Assembly: GCA_964016885.1 (NCBI GenBank)
Contig: OZ024742.1
Location: 101,370,001-101,434,000, forward strand
DNA: 64,000 bases
Direction of reading: 5' to 3'
DNA from: Eledone cirrhosa
Taxonomy: Eukaryota
The first letter of the stretch is position 1. The number at the start of each line of letters is the position of its first letter. Of the stretch, positions 24,328 to 37,900 are shown piece after piece. The notes under the pieces were generated by a model that worked only from the letters and a program-made list of their open reading frames with translations, had not been told where the DNA came from and made no database searches. A program made the position numbers and the translations under genes.

Positions 24328-24329
<2 letters not shown>
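23534..24329 (-). mobile_element. Internally deleted Tc1/mariner element, DD37D (maT)-like
   Basis: About 27-bp TIRs caggatgcggacgatatttgttcacaa / ttgcgaacaaatatcgtctgcaccttg, TA at left; ORF 23810..24106 has GVVSSQGDVMPPHFF, QQDSAPCH and WPPSSPD. Confidence 0.88.
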
Positions 24330-24370
<41 letters not shown>

Positions 24371-24639
24371 CTTCATATTTCTCTCATCTCCTGGATTCAC
24401 AGCTTGTCGGATTGCACTGTAGATGGAGTTCTTTATGAACTCCTGTGTGCCTCAGGGTTTGGTTCTGTCCACTATACATTAGGGTTTTCTCTTCCTTCTA
24501 TACATTGACTTACAGGATAGATGCAAACTTTGTAAACTGTAGGGAAGACAACTGGAATAACAGTCATTCTAAATATATAAGACAGCACAGGGTAGATGAG
24601 AACTCTGTAAGCAATTGAGAAGGCAATGTATCTAGTTCG

Positions 24640-25165
24640 TGCTGTAAAGTGGTTGGTGATAGGAAGGGCATTCAAGCAAAAAAACTACCAGCACCATATA
24701 CAGGGCTAACACTTAGTTATTTACATGGAAAAGGGGTGCAAGAACACCTCGGTCGTCATTGATTACACATTCTTTTTCAGATATAGAGCTAGTACCCAAC
24801 CTGTAAGGTAACTAAATTTAGGACTCGCACACTGAAAGGTAGATAATTGGAAATGCTTGTATCAGCCAAATTCCTCACAGGCAAACTGTTGAGTGGGGAA
24901 ATTATGGGGTAGGTGGAATAGGCATTTTATTAGCTGAGAAGTGGATATATAGAGTAAATGACAGACTTAACTTATTCTATTACCTATAACTATTCAGATA
25001 TCTCCAGGGCTAAGTAAAGAACACACCATTTCTATGAGACCTTTTACAAATGACTTCAACAAAGTAGTGCATGGCGGCTATAGATATGGTTCTAGTAATG
25101 AAGGGTCATAGAATTAGGTGATGCAAATGACAAAACCAACTGCAGCACTAACTTCAAGCATATCT
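24640..25165 (+). mobile_element. Highly decayed RTE 5' end (UTR module plus AP-endonuclease remnant)
   Basis: gtaaagtggttggtgataggaagggcattc followed by GVGGIGILLAEKWI- and GGYxYGSxNEG-like remnants. Confidence 0.6.
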
Positions 25166-25325
25166 AAGGAAAAAAAAAATGGTTTATGCTAATGAGGTCG
25201 AAGGTGAGACCAAAACATGCACTCAGTTTTGCCAACCTCTTAAAATCTTTTTTTTTTTTTTTAATCTGCTTGGTGCTGTTGGTGACATAAGTTGCCAATA
25301 GAGTAATCTCCTATTAATATATAAT

Positions 25326-25489
25326 TGTTTCTACTTTTTGGCACAAGGCCAGCAAATTACCCAGTACATTACTGGTACTTTATTTTATCGACCCTGTAAG
25401 GATGAAAGGGTAAAGTTAACCTCGGCGGGATTTGAACTCAGAATGGCAAGGGCCGTAACTCTGCATCCGATACTGCCAATCCAGTGCAC
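25326..25489 (-). mobile_element. tRNA-derived SINE with target-site duplication
   Basis: TSD taatctcc(t/c)attaatatataat at 25304-25325 and 25490-25511; B-box gagttcaaatcc on -. Confidence 0.88.
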
Positions 25490-26099
25490 TAATCTCCCAT
25501 TAATATATAATACGAGTGTCAAGGGAAGCAATTCCTAAAAAAGTTCAGCCTCCTAGTGTTAATTATTGATGACTAGGAATTATCTGCCCTTTTTCAGAGC
25601 TGCTAAACAGCAAATAGTTTTTTTCTTTTATTTATCTTGGAGCATAGTTTCGATTTAAAATTTGTGTTTGTTACCTATCATCATTTGAAATCTGTTGTTG
25701 CTGGTAGCACTGCCAATGACTTGGTTCCTACAACCAAATCAATGGAAGAAATTCCAGCTTTAGAAGAACTTTGAGTCAATTTGGGAAAAACTAAAGTTTT
25801 TGTAAGCAGGAAAGAATACAGGACCCTGATCCTACCAGGGAAGTGGCCCTGCTTAGTATGTAGAAAACTAGTAGGTAGTAACTCTATATGATATACACAA
25901 GAGATTTAGTGGCATTGTAAACAAGCTAACAGAGAAAGTAAACTTTGTATTTGGGGGGGGGGGGGGGGGGGGGTCAGAGGCTCTGCTTGAGGATTGACCA
26001 ATCTAACCATTACTAGCAGGGAAAACAGACATTAAACAATGATGATTATCCTAAATGAGGGTGTATGTAGTTTAAATATAAATATCACTCTCTCTCACC

Positions 26100-26750
26100 T
26101 TTACCTGTTTATCAGCAATATATTGATAGGTTTGGAAACCATTTTGATTTTTAGAAAGTGGAAAGGATGAAGAGGACTGACATGCACAGCTGGGTTGGAA
26201 GGGATATCAAGACTAACAGGTGCAAAATCAGTCGGCATGGTGTAACTCGACAAAAGGTGACCTCCAACTTGTACTTGATGAGTTGGATGCTGATGGCTGG
26301 AATGAAAATCAGTGCTGAGACTCTTGTCCTCTCAAAGCCTGGAGGTAGGCATAAAAGCCAAACTTGCTATCTACAATTCAGTATTTGTGCCAACCCTTAC
26401 CTATGATCATGAATCTTGGGTAATGACCCAAAGAATACAATCAGGAATACAAGTGGCCGAAATGAGGTCCCTCCAAAGGGTTTTGGAGTAACGTTATTCA
26501 ATAGAGTGAGTAACTCGGGAGATCAGAGTCACTCTAGGTAGAGCCACTACCTCTCCGATACTATGGGTTAAAACGTCTGGACAGATTTTACGGGCAAAAT
26601 CAACTGACAGGAAACCCAGGAGTAGATCCTGAGCAAGATGGTTGGATAACATCCATAAGCTTGGCTGGTCTTGATGGTTGCTTCTGACAGGACCTGCTGG
26701 AAGGAGTGTTTGAAGACTCTGCCCTCATGATCCTCTGGGCAAAGAAGAAG
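26100..26750 (+). mobile_element. Decayed 3' part of an Expander-like RTE LINE
   Basis: VPTLTYxHESWVMT...IQVAEMRSL remnants; tail shared with 30600-30965. Confidence 0.7.
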
Positions 26751-28039
26751 AGAAAAGTGTATTGAATGAAAAACTGCAAATATCCTAAAAAACTAAAATG
26801 ATAATTTTTATTAATTTGGTCTTCAATTTGCGTACAAATGATTTAAATGCTTATAATTTTCAAAATACAAACGATTTACAATAGTTAAAGTTTTGATTCA
26901 TGGCTACAAAACATTTAAAACAGCATTATGTTTCCAAATTTTGCTTAATAATCTTCAAAACTGAATTATCATAGAATTTATATATTTGATTAATTGCCTT
27001 AACTTGCTTATCAACAAATTTACACCAAACCAAGGCTATTCACTCACCAGACACATTGCGCAAGACATGCTTAACCCTCCCAGCATAACAACAACCAACT
27101 CACACCAATTATTGGTGGGGGAGGAGAGACTCTGACAAGACAAAAGTTGAGCCAAAATATAGAACCTGATTCTCTTATAATATAAGCATTTACTCCCCAC
27201 CCCACCCCATAAAAAACCCACTCTAATTGGTATATCCAAGGCCAGAACCAAAGTGGGGGCTAAGTAGGCTAGTTGGTTTAGGCTTACAATTTTGAGAGGG
27301 TTTACTTCTCCCAAATTTTAGTTCTTTTACTGTTTTGTTATTCGTACATTTATACATGTTCACTACATGTATTTGTATATACTCATAATCCATACATAAA
27401 TCATATGTATTTAGCACTGATTACAAAAATACTTAGTGAGCAGTTTGAAATGAGTCCTACATCTGGCCTGGGCCTAATACCAGTTTTAGGGAGCCTACAT
27501 TTTATATCTGGCCTGAGCCTATCACCAGTTTGGCACATGCTTGAGTATATATTACTAACAATGTAATTTTAATGTACTTAGCTCAACAGATTACCGAAAG
27601 AAATGAAAGAAACAAAAACAAACATGAAAATTATTAACCTTTTTGTTTCTTAACTTTACTATATAGATCAATATTGATAGATGTGTTATCAGTAAGGCTT
27701 CATATTTATCCTAATACCAATCACTGATTGTGATGCACTTATTATTAGGGAATGGACAGTTCTTGTTAAAAAAAGTGAGAAATTATTTCATATTTTTAAC
27801 ACTTCTGGTAATGGAATGTTTTGGAGCAATGAGTGTTGAGAAAATGGTTTCAGCTTAACCAAACACTCAAAATAGAATTTCATACAAAATTTTTAAATGA
27901 TCCATGATAGAATATTATAGATTTAGCTTATGAATTCTGTTTATGATTTCTGCAGATTTGAAAAATTCTTTCCTCAAAATATTAATACAGAAGGATTGTA
28001 CAATTTAGTCATCTTCAATTGAAACTTGCCATACTCCTA

Positions 28040-28147
28040 TCAAAAGAAATAATAATGTTTTGGTGAAGGTGTAATTTCTGGTTCATGTGTAAATGCTTCA
28101 TATATATTTGCAGCCAAATCTGTCATCTTATTCATTGTTAACAATTT
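28040..28147 (-). CDS. PEX3: PEX3 last exon (KLLTMNKMTDLAANIYEAF...HYYFF*)
   Basis: Acceptor tttcag, 108 nt; TGA is immediately followed by TAG. Confidence 0.92.
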   Translation of the reverse strand, partial: KLLTMNKMTDLAANIYEAFTHEPEITPSPKHYYFF

Positions 28148-31100
28148 CTGAAAGGTAAGAAACATACAATATGAATAATGAATAAAAACTGAGGGTTTTT
28201 TTTAGTGTTTAAATTCGTTTTTTTTTAGTGAGATACTGTCCTGTCATCTTTAACCCTTCCATAAGCATATTTCTAATGAAATACACACTATTTCAATTAA
28301 TTAATTAATAGAGAATTTTATGGGATTTACTAAAATTATTAATCATTTTGTTACTAAGATAATAACTTAACATATGGTTCTTATATAAAATTATGTTGGG
28401 AGATTTTAATTTAAATAGGTATCTTTTAAAATGGATGGTTCTGAGAGACTTACTAAAATTATTAATTATTTCACTATACCAAGCTAATAACTTAATTTAT
28501 GGTTCTAATAAAATTATGTTGGGATATTTTAATTTAAATAGTTACCTTGGATGGTTTTGTTTCATAGAACCAGAGGTGGTTTTGATCAGTTTGGTATCAA
28601 CACAGTAAATGTGTGTGTGCATGCATGCATATAAGTGTGTGTGTGTATGGGGGGCTGTGTGCAAGTGTTTGTGGGTGTGTTGTATGTTATGAATGTGTGG
28701 GTGTGTTCATGTGTGTGTGTGTGCATGCTCTGTCTTAGTGTAGTCTATTTGTATTTTGTGAAATGTTAGCAACTTTTAAAAAAAAATGATATAAGTAACA
28801 AGAATTCCGATTTAAAAAGCACCCCCACCCTCACTACCATCAAAAGAAGCAACCCCCCTCCACTACCAGAAAAGGCCCAATACAGACCAACAAAAATGCT
28901 TCTTAGCAGTTGTACAAGGTGCTAAAGGTAACAGCTAAATCCTCCCCAAATCATACCTTACAGTTTAAAAATGTAAGGGCACATTGGATAATATAGTCTT
29001 AGAAATAATATATCTGAATAAAAGATGGGATGGTCATGGCTGGAATGTTTTTTATCAATTGATTTAATTAACTTTTAATATCTTATAATGAGCTTGTAGA
29101 AAAGGTCTAAAACGGGTTTGTTAAATCTAAATGTTTATAGTGGACAGATACTTGTAAAAATGTATCAGATAGATCATTGTAAAAAATTGCAGTATTAGAG
29201 TAAAGACTTTAATTTTTCATGTGATTCTGTCATAGTGTTGTTTTGTACTTATCAAGTACATCATGCTAATGTGATTTCATGTGATACAGGACATTAAGAA
29301 TTAACTAGGGCTGACCTGGGACTAAAAAGCAACAAAAACATAATATAAAAAAAAAATTCCATTATGTAAATTTTACATTGAACAGCACAATTTAATTAAA
29401 CTGTAATATAATCTAAAACATACCTGAAAAAATATATTTGGTGTGTTTGAACATAAGTAGAAAACTTGTTTGTTAATAATTGGTATGAATTTTGCCATTG
29501 GTATCTCTATCTCACTGAAATAAAAGTAAAAAGAGTAAATTGGCGATGACAGACATAGGTTGATATGAGTTAGCAAAATAGTCTAACTAATCAAATATGT
29601 AAAATCAAATGAAATACCACCATCACCATTGTTTTTATGTCCACTTTTCCACGCTTGCATGGGTTGGATGGGACGTTTGAGGATGTATTTTATTGCTGGG
29701 AAGGCAGCAGAGTTGTTAAAATGTCAGATAGAATGTTTTGCAGTATTTGTTGTGGCAGTCTGCATTCTGAGTTCAAATCTTGCCAATGTCAACTTTGCCT
29801 TTCATTCTTTCAAGGTCGATAAAAAAAGCACCAGTTCAGTATTCTTCCTCTACATCTCTTTCTCACTATCATTCTTTCTCCAGCTCTGGAAAAAATCGAC
29901 TGTGTCAGACCTAGAGAGATGGGCTTCACCAGGTTTAAAGAGCTCAAGAAACACTGTATGTCAGTATGGTACTACTATGATCCCACCAGACGTTGCAGGT
30001 CCATACATACATTTAATTTTCCTATTGCTAACCCTTTTAGTTGTTTCTTAGATGCAAAAGAAAAGTAAAATAAAAAGATCAAAACTGCAGAAATGAACAA
30101 CAGACTGGGATAACTTGTTTTATTTTTGTCAAGTCTTCAAACTGGTAACAGACACATAACTATTGAGATTAGAGTAAGAATAGATTTTCTTTTTGAGAAA
30201 AAATAAATTTACATTTTGCATCCCCTTTCCACAATGGTATGGGTTGAACAGGTTGTTACGGTCCAGGACCAGATGGGTAGGAGTGACCAATCTTGCTCTT
30301 TATCTTCCATATTTGGCATGGTTTCTATAGCTAGATGCTCGTCCTAACACCAACCATCTTATAGGCAGTGCATTTTTCCTGACACCAGCACAAGCATTAC
30401 CACTTTACAGAGTGGATTGAATGCATTTTATTGTGATACAAACACTCACACATTACAGGGTGCACTGAATGCATTTTATTGTGACCCAGCATTAGAGAGG
30501 TTGTCACGTGCTAGGCCAGCCTGGAGAATTGTCTCCAAATCCTATGGAAAATTAAAAAAGAAATTTCATAAATCATCATTATCATCACAATTTAATATCT
30601 TTTTCTTCACCCACTTATTCCTGAGAGGGCCGTTGGGGTAGAGTCCTCAAACACTCCTTCCAGCGGATCCTGTCAGAAGCAACCGTCTCCAACTGATCCA
30701 GCTGGATCCCCAAGCAAGACCAGCCAAGCTCATGGATGTTATCCAACTATCTTGCTCGGGGTCTATCCCTGGGTCTCCTGCCAGTTGGTTTTGACTGTAA
30801 AATCTGTCCAGTGATTCTTTCCTGAGACATTCTAACCACATGCCCAAAATATTGGAGCTGTGATCTCTGAATTCGTAGAAGTAGCGGCTCTACTTGGAGT
30901 AACTCTCTGAGCTACGCACTTTATCAAGTAACTTTACTCCAAAGACCCTTCAGAGGAACCCCAATTTAATATCAATTTTTTAATTGAACTACACAGCAAA
31001 ATATATAAGATGTGGAGCAAATATTTATCCTCACTCCCTAATTTATATTCGGTCTCTATTGATGGTTTATAGATTCCTGTTTGGATGACAAAATTAATCT

Positions 31101-31903
31101 GAGTAATGAATAATGAATAATGACATATTTAAATTTAGAAAACTTACCTCAAATTTGCTCTTTTTTGTGGAAGTGATGTGTATGGCATGGAAAAATGTTC
31201 TGAGAGATTTTCATTCAAATGTGAAAAGCCCAAATCAAAACAAAAGAATAGCACAGTGTGAAAATCGTCACTAAAAGAAAAAAGAGAAATGTGTTAGATA
31301 AACGTTTAACAAACAATAAGACCACATACTGAATTGATAAAATTCATTAAAATTAATTAAAATATAAAAAAAATAAAATGTCATCCTCTTCATTTTTACA
31401 CATTTTTACAGGACTTTTTACAGTCGAATGCCTTTTCTGACGCTAACTCTTTCAGTTGTTTCTAACAACATGTAGAGATACAGTGTACCTATTCTTAACT
31501 GAAGAGCTATGTTAGGAAGGGCATCCAGCTGTAGATACCAAGCCAGAACCAGTTCTATATGAGCAAGATACGGCCATTCGACTTGTCTCACAATGGGACA
31601 ACTCGTCTAACCCATGCTGGCATGGAAAAATGGATGTCAAACGGTGATGATGATGATGAAATATATATATATATATATGACTTCTACAGGACTAGAACTG
31701 TTTCATTCATATGAAGTCATCATATATATGATTGCAATAACAACAACACCATTGTCTCTGTTGAATATGTGTGTATGTATGTATTTATATATATGCGACT
31801 ACAATAACAGCAACTACACCATTGTCTGCAGCATCAGTGAAATGAAGAATAACAGCGGCGGCGGCGGCGGCAGCAGCAGCAACAACAACAACAACAACAA
31901 CAA

Positions 31904-31934
<31 letters not shown>

Positions 31935-34900
31935 TACAATAACGACAGCAACAACAACTGCCACCACCACCACCACCATTACCAGCGTAAAGCAAACAAT
32001 TATTATTATTATTATATTCAGTCTTCAACTGAACTGGGAAGAGTCAACAGTTGACATGATTTTGATTTTGTATCAGTACTGCCGGTAATATATATATATA
32101 TATGTGTGTGTGTGTTTGTATGCATGAATGAGTGTTGGTGTGTGAGTGGCGTGTGTGTTTGTGGTTTGTATGCATGAGTGTTGGTGTGGGAGTGTGTGTG
32201 CGTGTCGTGTCAATAAGTGATTTTTTTTTTTTTTTTAATGACCATGCTGTAAAATGGAGGGGTAGAGAGGGCCCTTGAGTCTAGTAAGACATCCTCTCTA
32301 GTGCTGGTGGCACAAATAAAAGCACCCAGTCCATGCTGTAAAGTGGCGCTGGTGTTAGGAAGGGCATCCAACCAGTGTATCAATGCCAAAACGCTTATCA
32401 GCACAGCAACAAATAGGAACAACAACAAAGTATGAAGACGTAGCATCTCAGAGTTGCAACACTTAATGTTGGCACTCTCAGAGGTAGATCTGCTGAAATA
32501 GTGGAGATGCTGGAGAGAAGGCATGTGGATGTGTGCTGCATGCAAGAAGTGAGATGGAGAGGTGCCTCTGCGAGACTAGTCGTAGGCAAACATCTTAGCT
32601 ATAAGCTTTTCTGGATAGGTAAGGATGATGGGTTAGGGGGAGTAGGCATTTTCCTGGCTGAGAGATGGATCAATAAGACAATAGAGGTAGTTCGAGTTAG
32701 TAATCGAATAATTAAGCTTAGATTAGTTGTAGGCAGGAGACTACTGACAATCATCTCTGCCTATGCTCCCCAGGCAGGCCTAGGCAAAGATGAGAAAAAC
32801 TGCTTTTACGAGCAACTTTTACAAACAACCGCAATGACAGAGGACGGAGACATCGTTATGCTAGCAGGAGACTTCAATGGTCATGTTGGACAGCTCCAGG
32901 ATGGTTACACTGGGGTACATGGTGGGCACGGTTACGGCTCAAGAAATGAAGGAGTGAGACTTCTTGAATTTTGTGATGCAGGTACACTGACTATTTGCAA
33001 CACAAACTTCCAGAAACCTGCCAATCACCTAATAACCTACAAATCTGGCAAGCACATAAGCCAGATTGACTTCTTACTAGTTAGGCAGCGGGATAGGCAG
33101 ATAGTGTCTAATACCAAGGCATACCCTGGGGAAGAATGTACCCCACAGCATAGGTTAGTCGTTAGTGATATCTCAGTAAGCAAGAGATGGAATGAGACAT
33201 ACAGGAAGGTGTGGAGAAGAAAGGTCTGGAAGCTAAAAGACCTTTCACTAAAATACAAATTTAGGAAAGCCCTTCAAGATGTATATGACGAAAAAAAAGA
33301 AGATTTAGAGACGTATGACATAGATAATAACTGGAATTTCTTACATGACAACTTGCTGCAGGTTACTGATGAAACTTGTGGCTGGAGCAGAGCCCCAACC
33401 AGACAGAGAGTGACCTGGTGGTGGAACAGCACAGTAGATAAGGCCATGAGAGACAAAAGACTAGCATGGAAGGCTTGGAAAAAGGGTGGGAGTAGGGAAG
33501 AATATACAGCCGCTAAGAGAGAAGCTAGACGTCAGGTGTACTTAGCGTGCAGGGAGGCGGAGAGTAGGAGGTTTGCCAATGTTCTGCGATGGGAAGATCA
33601 GAGGCGTGCGGTGTTCCACATTGCAAGGTAGTGTGTCATCAAGGTTCGGTCCTCAGCCCGCTCTTGTTCATTATAGTCCTCCAAGCCATAACAGAGGAGT
33701 TTAAGACTGGCTGTCCATGGGAACTTCTCTATGCTGACGATCTGGTTCTTATAGCAGAATCAGTAGAGGAACTAGAGAATAAATTCTGGCTATGGAAACA
33801 GCAGTTGGAAGCAAGAGGACTGAGAGTGAACCTAGCTAAGACAAAAGTGTTGATGAGTAGAAAAGAGGACAAAACTCTGATTCCGTCAGGGAAATGGCCA
33901 TGTTCGATATGCAGAAAAGGAACTGGCATAAATTCTATAAAATGCACACAATGCAGATCCTGGGTACAGAAGAGATGTAGCGGGATAGCAGGCAAACTAA
34001 CAGGTAGGGAGAAATATGTATGCAGTAGATGTACAGGGAAATTAGACAGTAGAAGTCGCATTGATAGACACATTTTTCAAATGCAGGAGGGCGCTATAGA
34101 AGTGGTGGATAGCTTCCGGTACCTAGGAGATCAGATTAGCATGGGAGGAGGGTGTTCCGAGGCCATAGTATCTAGAATAAGGACGGGTTGGAAGAAGTTT
34201 AGGGAGCTGCTTCCTCTGCTGACGAAGAAGGGTTTCTCCCTGCGTACGAAAGGCCGGTTGTATGATGCCCGTGTGAGGAGCGCGATGCTGCATGGTAGTG
34301 AGACATGGGCAGCAACTGCAGAGGATATGCGACGGCTGGAGAGAAATGAGGCAAGCATGCTCCGTTGGATGTGCGTCAACGACCCAGCATGAATGTGTTG
34401 AGAGAAACTGTGTCTGAGAGGGATAGAATGTAGTGTACAGGAGAGGAGACTGAGGTGGTATGGACATGTGATGCGCATGGAGGATGACCGATGGGTGAAG
34501 AATGCCAGTTGAAGGAAGACGTGGTAGAGGTAGACCACGAAAAACATGGGCGGAGATGGTGAGAACAGTCCTCAGATCATTGAAGCTCACGGTGGAGATG
34601 ACGAAGGACCGTGACGAGTGGAGAGATGCTGTGCTGAATAAGACCCGTCCCTCCCTTGCAAGCAGGGAAAAGCGGACGTAAAATGATGATGATGATATAT
34701 ATATATATATATATTTATTATAATCATCATCATTTGATATACATTTTCCCTTCTAGCAAGTGTTGGACTGGCCATCACAGACCAAGTCAGTGTTTATTTG
34801 GAGCCACTGACCTCTCAGATGGCCCTAAGCTACTGCATCTTGTATTTTCACACCAGGTGCATTTTATTGTGACACTTTATTGTGACACACCGAAGAGTCC

Positions 34901-37900
34901 TCTTGACCCTTTATTTGGCAGGTTTTCTATGGTTGGGTGCCCTACATATCACCAACCACTTTACATTCAATCTATTACGCTATATTTTCCTTCTCTTTAT
35001 ATAAAACAGTATTATGTCAATATGCAAAATCTTTATTACCTCTCAACAATATCTCTCATTTCAGATAACATTTTGTGGAAAAATATATCGTCACTGGATC
35101 TGGAACTGAGAACCTACCATGAATAAAGAAAATATTCAACTCTTAACATCCTTGATTGTAACATAGCGAGGTTTTCAGTACAACCATAACTAGCTGTTAC
35201 AGTGTTTTTATTAAAGAGTTTATGATATCTGTGTGAGTTAGGGAAGAGTTTATTTATTAGGCTTAGAAAACCAGACAATGTATTAAGCCTAACACTAAAT
35301 AAAAGTCCAACAGAAGACTTCTGCACAGTTTCAGTCTTGCAAATTTCACTCAAAATGCTTTGGTTGACCTGAATCATGGGTCTTGGATCAACACAAGGTT
35401 ATGGAAAATGACACTTATTGAAGGTGTTGTACAGTAACATTGACCCCAAAGCAAACTTATTAATCCCAGTCATGCAGGTACCTAGTGCATTAGAAACTGG
35501 TTCTAACAGTCTGGTTTTACCAAAGTTGTTAAGTTCATGAAATTGTAGTAACAGATACTAACATTACCAAATGAATTTCTAAATATAGGTTTGAAAAGTT
35601 AATGGTAGAAATCATGTTCTTTAATATGTCATCTGCCTCTTGGTCCCAGCAAACAGGGTGGAGAAGATATTGCCTCGGAGGACAGCGAGGGAGATGCACT
35701 GAAACAGCCACTCCACTTCATGGGACTCACACCTGTGGACAGCTAACTCCGCTCTTGTTGCAGTGAGAAGGAATGTGGTCCAGAAGCCAACAATGCCGAA
35801 AGTCTCTACTGCTACAGGCTTGATCACAAACTTATCAAAGAGCGGCTGATACTTGGACTGTTTGCCCTCTTTAGCATGGCGGGCAGCATTTTGGTTTTCC
35901 TGCTTTGGCTAGCAGTCAAACGAGGCTCATCAGGCCAGTGCTTATCCTGGTTTCTGTGATGTTAAACAACTGAGAATATAAGACTTCATCCTAGACAGGA
36001 TGCCAGTCATCACAGGGTCAAACCTCCAACTACTGCTGGTACTCATTTACAGCTGATTTTACTAGAGCAATGTGAAATGAAGTGTTTTGCTCAAGAACAC
36101 AACACACAACTCAGTACAACAATCGAACTCACAACATTGTGATTGTAAGTCCAACACGCTTACCACAAGACCACGCACCTCTATATCCATCAAATGGGGA
36201 GGAATCAAATTTTAAGGTTTTACCAGAGATCTTTATAGTAAAAGCAAAACAGATAAAGTGAACATACATAGCTTTGCTTCTATAAGTAATACATACTATA
36301 GAATAGAAATTATAAGAGAATTACATGAACTGGGGAAAGCAAACACTTACAACATCAGGTTTATCTTCTGGCGGCAGTATGAATGTAGCTAATTTATGAC
36401 AACTTGGTGTTCCAGTTGGCCCAGCATCACAATCACATTCAACAGCGAACCGTACTTGATGAATTATATTCTGTACACGCTGTGATGTCAGCTTCTCTTT
36501 TAAAGAAATTCTGAACAGGAAACAGAAAATATTCACCTAAGTAAATATAATAGCTATAAGGAAAAGCTCTGTATCAGGAATTTAAAGAATAAATCTGCTA
36601 AATTAAGATTTGAAATAGACAAAATCATATGAAAACTTCTCCAAGTTATTTAATCCTTTAGCATTTAAATCAGCCATATCCGGCCAGAATTCTCACACCT
36701 TTTTTCTGTTAAAACTGGCCGCAACCAGCCACTCAAACTGACATTAAGGTATTGTTCTCAAAATAAATAATATCAAAATCTCATAGATTCGATATTATGT
36801 CATATAATTATAAGATAAAGCCTTTACCACAAAAATACAATAGTATATATAACGTAAATGGTAAAGGGTTAAGTTAATTATTTTTTTAGGCATAGTAGAA
36901 AAAGGTAGTTTGGAGACCGAGAACACTTGAGGTCATAACAGTGACCAGTATGAAAAAGGAGCGGTCAGTTGAGTCTTGGTTTTTGGATATATTCTGCTCC
37001 TCTACATTACAGGTGACAATGCCCTGGTTTGAGACTGAAATGATAAGGTTGGTGGCAGAGAACATGTCTTGTATTGTAAACAAAATATAACAAGATACTG
37101 TAATGTGGTTGGTGTTAGGAAGGGCATCCAGCCGTAGAAAACCTGCCAGATAGTCCTATATGAGCGAGACACAGTCACCCGACCAAACCTTGCCTCAAGT
37201 GGGACAACTCCCGTCTAACCCATGCTAGCGTGGAAAGTGAACGTTAAACGAAGATGATGATGATGATGATGATACTATAACACAGAATGCTATGAAACTA
37301 TCTCATAGCCTTTTTGATACTAACACTCCAAAAACCACCTTCAGTTCTATGAAACAAACACCCACCCACACCATTTCAAAGAGTTCATATTCAAGTTAAA
37401 ACTTTCCAACATATTTTTACCTTTTGTTAAGTTATGTAACAAATACTATATTAATAAAATAATTAAACATTTTAGTAATTCCCTTCAAATTCTTCATTAA
37501 TTAATTGAAATACTGTGTATTTCATTAGAAATATGGTAAGAAAAGGATTAGATTACTGAAATCTTATAAATATCCAAAACAAAAAAAAAACATCTTATAC
37601 TTACGATCCTACAGCTTTGGTCACTGCAGCTTTCACATGCTCTGTCAAAGTCCTAAGACCTACAACCAATAGAAACAAATACATAGATATTTAGAAATAA
37701 ACTTGCTGTGTGTATCCATCCTGGTTTTTAAAATAGGTACACCACATCCCTGTGTATTGTAAGAAGTGACTAAACAAATCAACATTAATTAGAAAGACTT
37801 ATTAAACCTTTCATTACTATATTTCTAAAAAAAAAGACACTGCTCATGATTTTCAAATAATATTGAAAATAGTGAAGAATTTGAAATAATTTAGTAATAT

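Noticed and set aside
25953-25973. Poly-G run as a functional G-quadruplex
   Set aside because: Homopolymer at the end of a decayed RTE fragment; its length is unreliable and there is no evidence of function
31614-32054. ORFs encoding poly-N/S/H, poly-V/A or poly-C proteins
   Set aside because: Translations of a trinucleotide microsatellite in a PEX3 intron
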